This document shows, in pieces, positions 1 to 12,696 of a stretch of DNA of 64,000 nt. The notes under the pieces were generated by a model. That model was given only the letters and a program-made list of their open reading frames with translations. It was not told the DNA's origin and made no database searches. Where the stretch lies: assembly GCA_038087875.1 (NCBI GenBank), contig CM075988.1, positions 23,190,001 through 23,254,000 of the forward strand, given 5' to 3'. This stretch comes from Malacoraja senta. Lineage: Eukaryota. Each line of letters opens with the position of its first letter. Positions within the stretch are counted from its first letter, which is position 1. Made by a program: the position numbers and the translations under genes.

Positions 1-43
1 CCAGATAGAATATAAAAAGCAAAAGAAAATAGGAGCAGACAAA

Positions 44-245
44 ATATGTAGGAAGGAACTGCCGATGCTGGTTTATACCGAAGATGGACACAAAATGCTG
101 GAGTAACTCAGCAGGTCAGGCAGCATCTCTGGAGGAAAAGAACAGGTGATGATTCAGGTCGGAACCGTTCATCCGACCCAGTTTTCTCCAGAGATGCTGC
201 CTGACCCACATCAGCTACTCCAGCATTTAGTGTCTATCTTCAGCA
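44..245. repeat. Palindromic Penelope-like terminal-repeat element
   Basis: Arm aaatgctggagtaactcagcaggtcaggcagcatctctggag faces its inverse ctccagagatgctgcctgaccc...ctactccagcattt. Confidence 0.75.
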
Positions 246-656
246 AATAGAAGCAGTTAAGACCCATTCAGCCTGCCCAACCACACAGCTGCCTCACAAC
301 ACCAGAGACCCGGGATTGAGTCTGACCCCGGGTGCTGTCTGTGTGGAGTTTGCATGTGCTGCCTGTGCCCTCCGTGTGCTCTGGTTTCCTCCCACATCCC
401 ACATCCCAAATGAACGACGGAGTGGACTTGATGGGCCAAATGCCCTAATTCTGCTCCTATAACTTATAAACCTGTGAAGCTGTTGGCAATTGTATTCCGA
501 CTTCCAGCAGTGGCCGGGACCTCTTGTGGGGAACCTTTTTAATTCCACTTCCTTGGTCTTCGCATACTCGTCCTGCCCTGAGTCTCATTGCCCAATCTTT
601 ATCTCAAACTGCCTTCCCAAGTAAACTCTTCCTGGTACACTCCTCCGGTGAGGAAT

Positions 657-930
657 TAGACAATAGACAATAGGTGCCTTCGAGCCAGCACCGCCATTCA
701 ATGTGATCATGGCTGATCATCCACAATCAGTACCCCGTTCCTGCCTTCTCCCCATATCCCCTGACTCCGCTATCTTTAAGAGCCCTATCTAGCTCTCTCT
801 TGAAAGCATCCAGAGAACCTGCCTCCACCGCCCTCTGAGGCAGAGAATTCCACAGACTCACCACTCTCTGTCGGAAAAAGTGTTTCCTCGTCTCTGTTCT
901 AAATGGCTTGCCCCTTATTCTTAAACTGTG
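657..930 (-). mobile_element. Young CR1 (HER1-like) LINE 3' end
   Basis: (agacaat)n tail; nearly identical to the copies at 7664, 17015 and 19180 that encode ...VVSLWNSLPQRAVEAGSLDAFKRELD. Confidence 0.9.
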
Positions 931-1614
931 CTTAACTTAGCGCATACCGAGGTTTGAAAATTGATCATGACTTCATTCAGCATTCAATACAACACTGATC
1001 CTCAACTTGAAACATCAGAAGGGAGCCCTGGACATTAATAGAATCATATCTACAGCTAGAAAAAGAACAGCAAATATGCTGTAATCAGTTTACGATGTCT
1101 TTAGACAGCACTGGTGGTGAGTAGTTCCTGTTGATTGATGAGTGTTCAGCTGTGAGGTTAAGAGGCTGCTGAGTGGAGTTGAAATTAAACGTGACAGTGC
1201 TGGTGTCAGATAAGTGTGTGCACGCCTGTTACACCCTCTGCTCACTACTATTGTATCTAACGTGTTGACAAGGGTTTCAGGGAGAATTGTTCCACAGGTG
1301 CAGGCTCACATCGAAGGGACATTGCAGGCATTAATGTATTAAACAACATAAGCTAACAATTTTAATCTGTCAATATGTGGCTGTCCATCCTCCTGGGAAT
1401 AAATCAGAGATGTGTAACACATAGTTCTGCTTCGACTGAAGTGAAACTCCAGCAAAGTATTCTCAGTTTGCAAACATCTTTGGCCCAAACTCTTTAATTA
1501 AGCTTAAAGACTGGCCATACATGCCATCACTCCGTGAAGCATCCCTCCATTTCAAACTTTATTGGGTCTGCAAAACCCCCCAAAAATGCAATGAGTAACA
1601 AGTTACAGAAACCT

Positions 1615-1962
1615 AATAGAGTGATACAGCGTGCAAACAAGGCCCATCAACCCAATTTGCCCACACCAGCCAACATGTCCCAGCTACACTAGTCCAACCT
1701 GCCCGCATTTGGCCCATATCCTTCCAAACCTGTCCTATCCATGTACCTGTCTAACGGTTTCTTAAACGTTGGGATAGTCCCAGCCTCAACAGCCTCCACT
1801 GGCAGCTCGTTCCATACACCCACCACCCATATGTGTGAAAAAGTTGCCCCCTCAGATTCCTATCAAAATCTTTTCCCCTTCACTATAAACCGATGTCCTC
1901 TGGTCCTTGATTCACCTATTCTGGGCAAGAAACTCTGTGCATCTACCCGATCTATTCCTCAA
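1615..1962 (-). mobile_element. Older CR1 LINE 3' end
   Basis: Antisense of RTRGH..K/RVVGVWNELP/FKK.LDRYM-type C-terminus plus 3' UTR shared with the SINE tail. Confidence 0.8.
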
Positions 1963-2756
1963 ATATAGACGCAAAGTGCTGGAGTAACTCAGTGGGTCAG
2001 GCAGCATCTCTGGGGAGAAGGAGCAGCTGACGTTTCAGGTCAAGACCCTTCTTGAGACCGAGAGTCAGGGGAGAGAAACTAGAAAATGTACAAGGAGCTA
2101 AGGAATGACATGTATGCAAAATGACAAATCAAAGCAGGCAGGCAGCATTTCGGAAGGAAAGGGACAGGTCACGTTTCAGGTCGTAGCCCTTTGATTTATA
2201 CCTAATGCTCTGTTGAATTGGGGTTGTGGTTTTAGGATCAAACTCTACTTGGCAAAGGTGTGGAACAAAGTTCCATAAATCTGTCTTTTCTGTGTCCCCA
2301 CACAATGCTCATGAATATTACATAAATGCCCTTGGAAATCTGACAAGTTCACTAATGTCCGAGGAATGAAAGCTACCGCTTCTCCTAAGTCTAGACTTCT
2401 TTTCAGACAATGTTAGGAACAAAGCGCAAATATGACTTTGCCAGTTTCATTCAGATGTGCCAACAAAAAGATACTAATATCATTGGAAGTTGCCAAGCAC
2501 ATGTCATTGTTGAAGGATACTTCTTTATTATGAGAATGCCTAAGGAAACATACGGGAGTGGTAATCGTGAGAAAGGAGGCAAGGACTGAAAGAGCCAAGA
2601 ATGGTACGGTGTGGTGTGTGCCTTTCATATATAATTCACTGGGTTGTATTTGTATCTTTACTGATTGACACAAAATGCTGGAGTAACTCAGAAGGTCAGG
2701 CAGTATCTCGGGAGAAAATAACTAGTCTGGTTGGAACCATTCTTCAGACTGAAAGT

Positions 2757-2953
2757 TTAAGAAAGAACTGCAGATGCTGGAAAAATCGAAGGTAGACAAA
2801 AATGCTGGAGAAACTCAGCGGGTAAGGCAGCATCTATGGAGCGAAGGAATGGGTGACGTTTCGGGTCGAGACCCTTCTTCAGTCTGAAAAAGGGTCTCGA
2901 CCCGAAACGTCACCTATTCCTTCGCTGAGTTTCTCCAGCATTTCTGACTACCT
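2757..2953. repeat. Palindromic PLE terminal-repeat element with back-to-back hammerhead motifs
   Basis: Minus 2882-2855 reads CTGAAGAAGGGTCTCGACCCGAAACGTC; plus 2884-2911 reads CTGAAAAAGGGTCTCGACCCGAAACGTC; flanking arms are inverted. Confidence 0.8.
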
Positions 2954-2964
2954 TCTTCAGACTG

Positions 2965-3267
2965 AAAGTTTAGTTGAGAGGTAGAGCGTGGAAACCGGAC
3001 CTTCGGCCCACTGAGTCCGCTCCAACCAGCGATCCCCGCACACTAACACTGTCCATCACTAGGGACTATTTACCATACACCGAGCCAATTAACCTACAAG
3101 CCTGTACGTCTTCGGAGTGTGGGAGGAAACCGAAAATCCCGGAGAAAACCCAAAGGGGGGGAACGTACAAACTCCGTACAGACAGCTCCCGTGGTCAAGA
3201 TCGTACGCGAATCTCTGGCGCTACAAGCGCTGTAAGGCAGCAACTCTACCACTGCACCACCGTGCCA
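2965..3267 (-). mobile_element. tRNA-derived HE1/V-SINE-type SINE
   Basis: Reverse complement of ggcacggtggtgcagtggtagagttgctgcc head, body ctgtacggagtttgtacgtt and CR1-like tail. Confidence 0.85.
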
Positions 3268-3774
3268 ACCTCATAGATAGAGGTGGAGGGGTGGGGGGCT
3301 GGAACTGGACAGCCACATGATGACAGATGAAAATTGTCCGCTGATTTTCTTTAATGCTTTTGAAGCCTACAACTGCACAATCTCCCTGTGACCGCGTGGG
3401 TTTTCCCCGGGGGCTACGGTTTCCTCCCACATTCCAAAAAACATGCAGGTTTGCAGGTTAATTGACTTCTGTAAAAAATTGCCCTTAGGATGGAACTAGA
3501 GTATGGGTGATCACTGGTCGGCACGGACTTGGTGGGCCGATGGGCCTGTTTCCGCGCTGTATCTCTAAACCAATCTAAATGAGTGGGTCAATGGAACTGA
3601 TTGGGGTTGCTGTGAGGGCCGGTATGGACGCGATGGGCAGAATGGCCTCCACTCTGCATTGGAAGGAAGGGTGGAAGATGCCACGCACATGCAGGTCTTT
3701 TCTCTTCAGCGTGCAATTTAGGTAATGTTTCCCAGTGGGCAACAGCAAGTTTTACAATGCTTTAAAAATAACAG

Positions 3775-3983
3775 AAGATAGACCCACAAAAACGCTGGAG
3801 TAACTCAGCGGGACAGGCATTCCGTCTCTGGAGAGAAGGAATGGGTGACGTTTCGGGGCGAGACCCTTCTTCAAAACGTCACCCATTCCTTCTCTCCAGA
3901 GATGCTGCCTGTCCCGCTGAGTTACTCCAGCACTTTGTGTCTATCTTCGGTTTAAACCAGCGCCTGCAGTTCCTTCCTACACA
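3775..3983. repeat. Palindromic PLE terminal-repeat element
   Basis: Inverted arms meet inside the hammerhead-like motif (...acccttcttc aaaacgtcacc). Confidence 0.8.
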
Positions 3984-4194
3984 CGTTAAAAATAATGACA
4001 GTCAGAAAGTATTGCATCGAGGCACAGATAGAGCAGGGTTTCCAATGGGCATGTGTAGAGTGTAGCCCAGCCCGCTAATGTAGTCACAGACTGCGACACG
4101 TTGATTTTCCACCGCCATTGGCAATGTAGCATCTTGAATCCTTCCTACACTGTAGAAGGTTTATGTCTTTGAATAACTTAATAACTTTATCTGG

Positions 4195-4520
4195 ATAGCA
4201 TTTTTCATACAATTGAATGCAACCCAAAGTGCTTTCCTCATAGACACAGGTCTAAACAAAAATACTATTTAAAACAGTAAGAACATAGGCAGTTAATAGC
4301 ATAAAAAGCACAGATTTGTATACAAATATAAAATATAAAATTGAGAGTGTAAAAGGACAAAGGAAGTGAAGTCAGTTAAAAGCTTGAATAAAAAGATAAG
4401 TCTTTAGCTGCCCTTTAAAAATGGCAACTGAGTGGGCGTTTCTCATAGACCTGGGTCAGGTATTCCACAGCTTGGGGGCCTCATTGAAAAAGGCTGCTTC
4501 ACCAATTTTCTTTTTCAACA
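4195..4520 (-). mobile_element. L2-like LINE 3' remnant
   Basis: Minus strand encodes KKKIGEAAFFNEAPKLWNT...FKGQLKTYLF, an L2-type C-terminus, followed by AT-rich UTR. Confidence 0.6.
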
Positions 4521-5200
4521 GGTTTTCAACACTGTGATAGCTAGATGTGACGAGGTCAGCCTTTGATGTGAGCAGAAGCATCAAACAGGGCCAAGCAACC
4601 AGATGACAGCATGCTTCAGATGTGGCATTAAATGCACGATCTAATTCAAATAACTCGAGCATCATATTTTACAGAGTCCCTCCTTCCCTATGCACCTACT
4701 TGAGCACTCAGGCCTTCTGATGCTGGCCAGTTAAGGGCCTGTCCCACTTAGCGACTTTTTTCAGCGACTGCCGGCATCATTGACTGACGATTCAGGTCAC
4801 CGAAACATTTGCGGTGGTGACGCGGCGTGATGACGTATTGACGTCATTGACGTGTTTTTTCAAGTGTCGCAACCATTTTTTTTGTCGCCGCTGGATTTTG
4901 AAATGTTCAAAACCTTTTGGCGACACTGATATGTCGCCGGCAGTGGACGGAAAAAAACCCGCCAAGTGGGACAGGCCCTTAACTGGCCGGCATCAGAAGG
5001 CCTGAGCGCTCAAGTAGGTGCATAGGGAAGGAGGGACTCTGTAAAATATGATGCTCGAGTTATTTGAATTAGATCGTCCATTTAATGCCACATCTGAAGC
5101 ATGCTGTCATCTGGTTGCTTGGCCCTGTTTGATGCTTCTGCTCACATCAAAGGCTGACCTCGTCACATCTAGCTATCACAAGTGTTGAAAACCTAGTTGA
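4515..5200. repeat. ~215-bp inverted duplication flanking the MITE
   Basis: 4980-5200 is the reverse complement of 4515-4733 with a few substitutions and indels. Confidence 0.92.
4734..4979. mobile_element. PIF/Harbinger-type MITE
   Basis: TIR AGGGCCTGTCCCACTT / AAGTGGGACAGGCCCT; left flank TTA. Confidence 0.85.
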
Positions 5201-5484
5201 CTAAAATCACCAGAATATTTTGTGGGTCTCCAAGCTGGTAGCCGCATATCTCAAGACCAGAATGTAAAATAGTGCAGGTGCTGAAAGCACCTCACACTTG
5301 CGGGTGAGGAGAAAGCATAAGAAAGTGAGAAACCAGAATTGTTCCCAAGTTCAGAAGTTCTTGGAGCAGAACTAGGCCTCTCGGCCCAACAAGTCTACTC
5401 CGCCATTCAATCACGGCTGATCTATACTTCCCTCTCAACCCCATTCTCCTGCCTTCTCCCCATAACCCCTGTCACCCATACTAA

Positions 5485-5623
5485 AACCCCTGTCCCACGG
5501 TACAAGTTCATTCCAAGAGCTCTCCCGAGTTTGCCCTGATTCGCTTGGAGATTTTTGCGGTAATGGCCACTCGTCGGTACTCGGGGCTCCCGTGGACATT
5601 TTTCATCATGTTGAAAAATCTTC
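5485..5623. mobile_element. Truncated Harbinger-type MITE (one end only)
   Basis: AACCCCTGTCCCACGGTAC end matches the full copy at 24031. Confidence 0.8.
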
Positions 5624-6065
5624 AGGAAAAATCCTACACTGGGTAAAAGTATATGTGCATTCACCCCAACTATTCTCCTCATGATTTTGTACACCTAGGG
5701 TCACCTGCCAGCCTCCTGCACTCCAAGGTTATATAGTGGAATCCAGCTAAGCTCTCTTGCTCTAGCATAGGTCCCCATGTCCGAAGGTAACATCTTTGTA
5801 AATCGAAGATAGACACCAAAAAGTGGAGTAACTCAGCGGGACAGGCTCTGGAGACAAGGAATGGGTGATGTTTCGGGTCAAGACCCTTCTTCAGACTGGT
5901 TAGCGATAAGGGAAACGAGAGATTTAGACGATGATGTAGAGAGAGAAAGAACAATGAATGGACAACGGTGTAGAGAAATAAAGAACAATTTATCTTCCTT
6001 GCACTGGTGTATAACCCAGTGTGGCTACTCGACAATAGTCCAGTAACATACCTACAGTCACTGCT

Positions 6066-6712
6066 AAGGTAGACAAAAATGCTGGAAAAACTCAGCAGGT
6101 GAGGCAGCATCTATGGAGCGAAGGAATAGGTGACGTTTCGGGTCAAGACCCTTCTTCAGACTGATGTGGAGGTGGGGGGGGGGGAGGGAAGAAGAAGGGA
6201 AGAGGCAGAGACAGTAGGATGTGGGAGAGCTGGTAAGGGGAGGGGAAGAAGGGAGAAAGCAAAGATCCTCTAGCGAGCAAGATGGTCCACTCGACGAAAA
6301 AGACGTAGTACGGTCATGGGCAGATTCATGGGTAATTTAAGGCCCCATTTCCGTAACCGGCTTCCGTCTCCGCACCAAAGATCCCATAGGATACTAGTGC
6401 GGAGACGGAAGCCGGTTACGGAAACATCCTCGTAAAAATAAAAGTTATTTGGTAAAAATCTTCTCCTCATTTTCAGAATTTATTAACACAAACTGTTCCC
6501 CCGCAACGTTGATTACATTGCGAGTCGGGTCGGGTCCGGTTACGGAAATGGATGAAAAAAAGCCCCACATTCCGTTCCGTTGCGTACTACACGTCAGCCC
6601 ATTGCATTTAGCAGGAGTGGTCTATCTTGCTCCGCTATAGAATATTTGGGAGAAAGCAAGGACTACCTGAAATTGGAGGTCAATGTTCATACCGCTCGGA
6701 TGTAAACTACAG
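6066..6712 (-). mobile_element. Penelope-like element 3' part, interrupted by a hAT MITE
   Basis: Terminal repeat with hammerhead motif at 6132-6159 (-), purine-rich UTR on +, and endonuclease C-terminal remnant (SLHPSGMNID) at 6665-6712. Confidence 0.7.
6260..6648. mobile_element. hAT-type non-autonomous DNA transposon
   Basis: 8-bp TSD GGAGAAAG (6252-6259, 6649-6656); imperfect ~33-bp TIR caaagatcctctagcgagcaagatggtccactc. Confidence 0.85.
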
Positions 6713-7298
6713 CTACAGTAGCTACAAACTCACCATTCGCTTTGACAAAGATTTAATCTAAAGGTGCCTTTGAAATATCTTTAAGGATGAATGGTATGTG
6801 CTTGGGAGGATGCCAAATAAGGGAAAGCTTTGAATGCGTACAATGGATTAAACAGACAAATGTCAATGATGTCGCAATGATATAATATGCAAACAAAACA
6901 AAAATATCTTCCACACAATGACTCAGAGTTCTTGAGAAGTTCTGGAGTTGATGTTTCACACACATTGTTTTATTTTAATCCTTCGTGGAGCACTGACATT
7001 GACAGGCAGACAGGGGTCTTTGTCTGAAAGAATGGAAAAGCAGAATTACATTTTGAAATATCTTGATTTATTGGAATTTGGTGGCAGTTCTCAGAACACA
7101 AAGAGAGTTCTCAACTATCACGACATGTTTAAGAAAGAACTGCAGAAGCTGGAAAAATCGAAGGTGGACAAAAACTGCTGGAGGAACTCAGCGGGTGAGG
7201 CAGCATCTATGGAGAGAAGGAATTGGCGACATTTTTTGTCTAACTATCAAGACATGTTTTTTTGTCAGGGGAATTGCAGCAACCTGTAGGAAGAAAGG

Positions 7299-7605
7299 AT
7301 GGCACGGTGGCGCAGTGGTAGAGTTGCTGCCTGACAGCACCAGAGAGCCGGGTTCGATCCTGACTATGGGTGCTGTCTGCACGGAGTTTGTACGTTCTCC
7401 CCATGACCTACGTGGGCTTTCTCCAAGATCTTTGGTTTCCTCACACACTGCAAAAACGTACAGGTTTGAAGGTTAATTAGCTTGGTATAAATGTAAATTA
7501 TCCCTAGTGTGTGAAGGATAGTGTTAGTGTGCAGGGATCGCTGGTCGGTGCGGACTCGGTGGGCAAAAGGGCCTGTTTCCGCGCTGCATCTCTAAACTAA
7601 ACTAA
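7299..7605 (+). mobile_element. HE1/V-SINE-type SINE, full length
   Basis: A box TGGCGCAGTGG, B box GGTTCGATCC, tail gggcctgtttccgcgctg...ctaaactaaa. Confidence 0.92.
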
Positions 7606-7663
7606 GGCTTGGTGTAGTTAGTAGTTATTCGGCCTTGGTCAAACCACATATGGAATGTAGATA

Positions 7664-8103
7664 TTGGAGAGAATGGAGCGGCTGGGCTTGTACACTCTGG
7701 AGTTTAGAAGGATGAGAGGGCATCTCATTGAAACATATAAGATTGTTAAGGGCTTGGACACGCTAGAGGCAACAAACATGTTCCCGATGTTGGGAGAGTC
7801 CAGAACCAGGGGCCACAGTTTAAGAATAAGGAGTAAGCCATTTAGAACGGAGACGAGGAAACGCTTTTTCTCACAGAGAGTGGTGAGTCTGTGGAATTCT
7901 CCGCCTCAGAGGGTGGTGGAGGCCGGTTCTCTGGATGCTTTCAAGAGAGAGCTAGATAGGGCTCTTAAAAATAGCGGAGTCAGGGGATATGGGGAGAAGG
8001 CAGGAACGGGGTACTGATTGGGGATGATCAGCCATGATCACATTGAATGGCGGTGCTGGCACGAAGGGCGAATGGCCTACTCCTGCATCTATTGTCTATT
8101 GTC
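7664..8103 (+). mobile_element. Young CR1 (HER1-like) LINE 3' end
   Basis: ORF LGLYTLEFRRMRGHLIETYKI...RTRGHSLR...RVVSLWNS...FKRELD; (ctattgt)n tail. Confidence 0.93.
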
Positions 8104-9019
8104 CCGTTACCCATTGAAAAATGCGTTTTGTTCAGTTGGGATGTGACAAAGGTTTGTTAGATACTTGGGATATTAAGTAAGATTAAGTAGAATGGCCCAT
8201 ATTACCTGGAAATTAGATTTATAACACTCTGAAACATAAAATGGATGGCAAAAGAAACAGAAGAGATACATTGACATGCTTCTCAGGATGTTTGATCCTC
8301 ACACAGCAAAACACATCAGTAAAATAAACATTTTATTTTAGCTACAGGGTGTATTTTGAGCAATGCTCGAGGGGTTCAATATCTGATCCATGGCTGATTC
8401 TCTAAACCGATTCTCTAGAGTAATATTCTAAACAGAAGAGTCGGTATGAAAAGTTAAATGCAGCAAGGGCCATGTGAGGTGGACTCTTTGTGTTTAACAA
8501 TGTTGGGTTTTTGCATTTGATATTAATGCCTGTGAAGTGAACTCAGTGAAATCCATTAGCTCTCAATTGTGGCACTAGAGTTTTACAAAATTGGTGGAAA
8601 TGGATCAAACAGCCTGAATCGCATCCTCAGCAAAGAGGGGGGACGCAACACACAACTCTTATGGAGTTACGTGACCCATTAAATGCATGGCTTCACCTAC
8701 TCCAGGTAATGCATTGTCTTCACTGCTGTCCTTCTCAGTGATGGACGGTCAGTACACTGAACAACATTGTGAGGAAATGTGTAGGAAGGAACTGCAGATG
8801 CTGGTTTAAACCCAAGATAGACACGAAATGCTGGAATATCTTCGCGGGACAGGCAGCATCTATGTAGAAAAGGAATGGGTGACGTTTCGGGTCGAGACCC
8901 GTTTTCAGACCCGGGAAGAAAGTCACCTTTGTGACTTGTCTGGATATTTTTAATGAACAGCCACTGTATAACAGCACTAATTTTGGATTAATGCTTGGTC
9001 AAGCATTTACTGGAGAATG

Positions 9020-9203
9020 GTACACAAAAATGCTGGAGAAACTCAGCGGGTGCAGCAGCATCTATAGAGCGAAGGAAATAGGCAACGTTTCGGGCCGAAA
9101 CGTTACCTATTTCCTTCGCTCCATAGATACTGCTGCACCCGCTGAGTTTCTCCAGCATTTTTGTGTACCTTCGATTTTCCAGCATCTGCAGTTCCTTCTT
9201 TAA
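9020..9203. repeat. Palindromic PLE terminal-repeat element (subfamily 2)
   Basis: Near-perfect fold-back with axis in aacgtttcgg-g-ccgaaacgtt; flanked by direct repeat catttactggagaatg (9004-9019, 9204-9219). Confidence 0.88.
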
Positions 9204-10204
9204 CATTTACTGGAGAATGTTTGGATTGAGGCGAAACAGTAAATATTTAAAAGTGGAACTAACACTAAAATGTCAGGCTAAATCTATAGATAAAATACTG
9301 TCGGTGCTGAATCTTAAACAAAAATCAAAAAGACTGGAAAAACTCAACGGGTCCGGAAGCATCCGTGGAAGGAATGGACAGACGAAGATTCAGGTTGGGA
9401 CCCTTCTTCAGACTGGTCCTCTCTCTGAAGACTCAGTCTGAAGAAGGTTCCTGACCCGAAACACCGTCAGTCTATTCCCTCCTCAGATGCTGCCTGGCCC
9501 GCTGAGTTCCTCCAGCCTTTTGTTTTATGCTGAATATTTATGGTTCATTGTCGGTGATGTAGATCAAATCAGAGATGATATGAAGGAAGAAATCAATAAT
9601 AAGCAGAAACATTGCAGTTATCTTTAACTGACCTCTGCACAGAACTTTCTCCCCACACTCACCTTTCAAAGAGCCTTATTGATGCAGATTAGTATTACTT
9701 TCACTGTGACTCATTCTGAATCATGTTGGTTTATCCTCTCTTCATCAGCACCTTCACAGGAAGGATGGAAAAACCGTGAGATTCTGATGTGCAGTGCACA
9801 CTGACACTTTCTACGGCATCCCCCCGACGGCTACACAAACATTGAAAACAGTTCTGTACAGAAATCAGTGAGCATGTCTGGTGATATTTCTCATCTCTGT
9901 AAATGTCTGTCCTGTTCACAGTCAGTTTTAAGCATAGCGGAGGTGACCTAGATTATGCCTCCAGTAGCGGTCAGGTGCAATCACTCTGCCACAGAGCTGG
10001 AAGTCATTGTGACATTGAGATAAGACGCGCTTTGTTTATATTTCAAAGTAACTTCCGATGTCAAACTGGTCTAATATTGTCTTGTCTTAAAGGAACATCA
10101 TCTTTCTCCAAGTACAGCTTACAGTGAGGTGAAGTAGCTTTAGGTAACCAGTCTGCTGTTTGTGTGAGGAACTCACATGGCAAATAGCACTCAGATCCAT
10201 AGAT

Positions 10205-10394
10205 ACACACATACACACGCACACACGCACACACCCACACACACACACACACACTAACACATACACACCCATACACACACGCATTCACACACGCGCGCAC
10301 ACACACACAACATGCACACTAACACACACGCATACACCCATACCTACACACACGCACATGCGCACCAGCACACACACATACACACGCACACACG

Positions 10395-10434
<40 letters not shown>

Positions 10435-10710
10435 CATACACACACCCATACACTCAGGCGCGCACACAAACACAAACATCCACACACACACGCACATACA
10501 CACCTACACACACGCACATACACACCCACACACACACCCACACACACACACATACACACCCACACACACGCACATACACTCCCACACACACACCCACACA
10601 CACGCACATACACACCCACACACACGCACATACACTGACACACACACACACACACACACAAACACAAACACCCACACACACACGCACATACACACCCACG
10701 CACATACACT

Positions 10711-10751
<41 letters not shown>

Positions 10752-10805
10752 ACACACACACACACCCACACACACACACACCCACACACACACACACATA
10801 CACAA

Positions 10806-10849
<44 letters not shown>

Positions 10850-10853
10850 GCAC
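10205..10853. repeat. Degenerate (CA)n microsatellite, ~650 bp
   Basis: CA repeats with recurring cgcacata/cccaca variants. Confidence 0.98.
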
Positions 10854-11399
10854 ATAATTCCTTTGTAAACTCTACAGATTACCACCACTGCCCTGTTGAA
10901 GTTACAGCATTTATTCTCTCGGAACATTTGGACTCAATTCGATTAAAAACATTTTTTTTAATGATGGTATCAAGTGACGCATGTTTGTTTCCTTGTAGTC
11001 CACAGGCAGGAAGTGGTATTAGCTTAATATTGATCACATGTCATCTTCAGGCCTGGTGCACCATATCCCAACGTAGTCTCGGTCTATCACTGGCCTGGGG
11101 TCACTGACGTTCCTGTCTTGCCACATTTGTCCATGACCTGTGATTTCTTCACAATAATCTTGTAGATTCATGATCACCATCACTAATACCCCCAGCTTTT
11201 ATTTCGCTGCAAATGATGGGATTAAACTAGTGTCTCCAACTCCAGCATGGCCAGCTCTGTGTCACAACTACAAAGTCATTATACCCCTTGAATCTTTCTC
11301 TGCTGTTGGCTTGTGGTTCTGTCCCAATATCAATGTCCCAAACAAAAGGGCAAACCATTATCAGTGGTTCAATTATTCCAGGGTTCATGTACTTTATAC

Positions 11400-11700
11400 T
11401 TTAGGGCTGCAGCATGAAAACAGGCCCTTCGGCCCACCAAGCCTGTGCCGACCAGCAATCACCCGGTACACTAACACTAGCCTATACATTAGAGAGACTT
11501 GACAATTTTACTAAAGCCAATAAACCTACGAACCTGTACATCTTTGGAGTGTGGGGGGAAACCGGAGCACCTGAAGAAAACCCACGCAGGTCATGGGGAG
11601 AACGTACAAACTCTGTACAAACAGCACCTGTAGCCAGGATCGAACCCGGGTCTCCTGCGCTCTAAGGCAGCAACTCTACCGCTGCACTACTGAGCCGCCC
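11400..11700 (-). mobile_element. HE1/V-SINE-type SINE
   Basis: Reverse-complement B box ggatcgaacccgg; SINE body and tail. Confidence 0.88.
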
Positions 11701-12024
11701 TACTTAGTTATTGCAGTGCAATTCTTTTTTTGCATATAGTTTTGTAAAAATCTTACTCTGCAAAAGCACAATCATACTTAAGTACACAAGTGTTAGAACA
11801 GTAGATTACATTGAGGCGGTACACAAGAGTCGCCACGTTTCTGGAGCCATCTTGTACCCGTCAAGTTCACATAGAGGAGGCCCGTCGTCCTGGCAACGGC
11901 ACTGGGTTGTTGCTGCCGGGGTCGGCTTGGCCAGACGATGTTGGCAATGTTGTCGGTGTCCTCCACCGCTCTGTGACGCTCCAATCCACACGCTCCGTCT
12001 CTTGGAGGCTGGTGCCCAACAACA

Positions 12025-12370
12025 TAAGATGCATAAAATCATGAGAGGAATAGATCGGGTAGATGCCCAGAGTGTCGTGCCCAGAGTAGGGGAATCAAGG
12101 ACCAGAGGACATAGGTTTAAGGTGACGGGGGGAAAATTTAATAGGAATCTGAGGGGTGACTTTTTCGCACAAATGGTGGTGGGTGTATGGAACGAGCTGA
12201 GAGAAGAGTTAGTTGAGGCAAGTACTATCGCAACATTTAGATAGGTACATGGATAGGACTGGTTTAGAGGGATATGGGCCAAATGGGACTAGTATAGATG
12301 GGGCATTTTGGCCGATGTGGGCAAGTTGGGCTGAAGGGCCTGTTTCCACACTGTGTGACTCTGATGACTG
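12025..12370 (+). mobile_element. Older CR1 LINE 3' end
   Basis: HKIMRGIDRVDAQ...ESRTRGHRFKV...VVGVWNEL. Confidence 0.85.
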
Positions 12371-12696
12371 TGACACACCAGGGGAGCAACAGTGGGTTCA
12401 TGTTTCATTTGAGACGCAGTTTGCTGTTGTGCAGCAGAGGAAGTGTCAGCTGTTTGAAACAGTAACGGGTGAGGCCCCTTTGTCTGCCCAGTACTCTCCT
12501 TGGGCTCTGAGAAGTTGAGGCAGCTTTTCCTGCCCTGCCATTTATGGCACCTGACAGTTGATATAGTCCCTGAAGGTTTTCTTTGCGAGATCCCACACCT
12601 AAATTAAACTCTCCCTGGTGACCTGAGAAACCGACGATGGATAATTATAATTTCACAAATTCCCGTCTAACATCTCGCATTGATCGTAATAGAACA

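Noticed and set aside
7299..7372. tRNA genes at SINE heads
   Set aside because: A and B boxes are present, but each continues into the SINE body and CR1-like tail
9664..9771. Minus-strand exon candidate (pyrimidine tract-AG ... AAG|GTGAGT)
   Set aside because: Stops in all three frames and no partner exon; a non-coding exon cannot be supported without RNA data
10160..11107. 315-aa His/Thr-rich ORF and antisense Val/Cys ORFs
   Set aside because: Read-through of the (CA)n microsatellite
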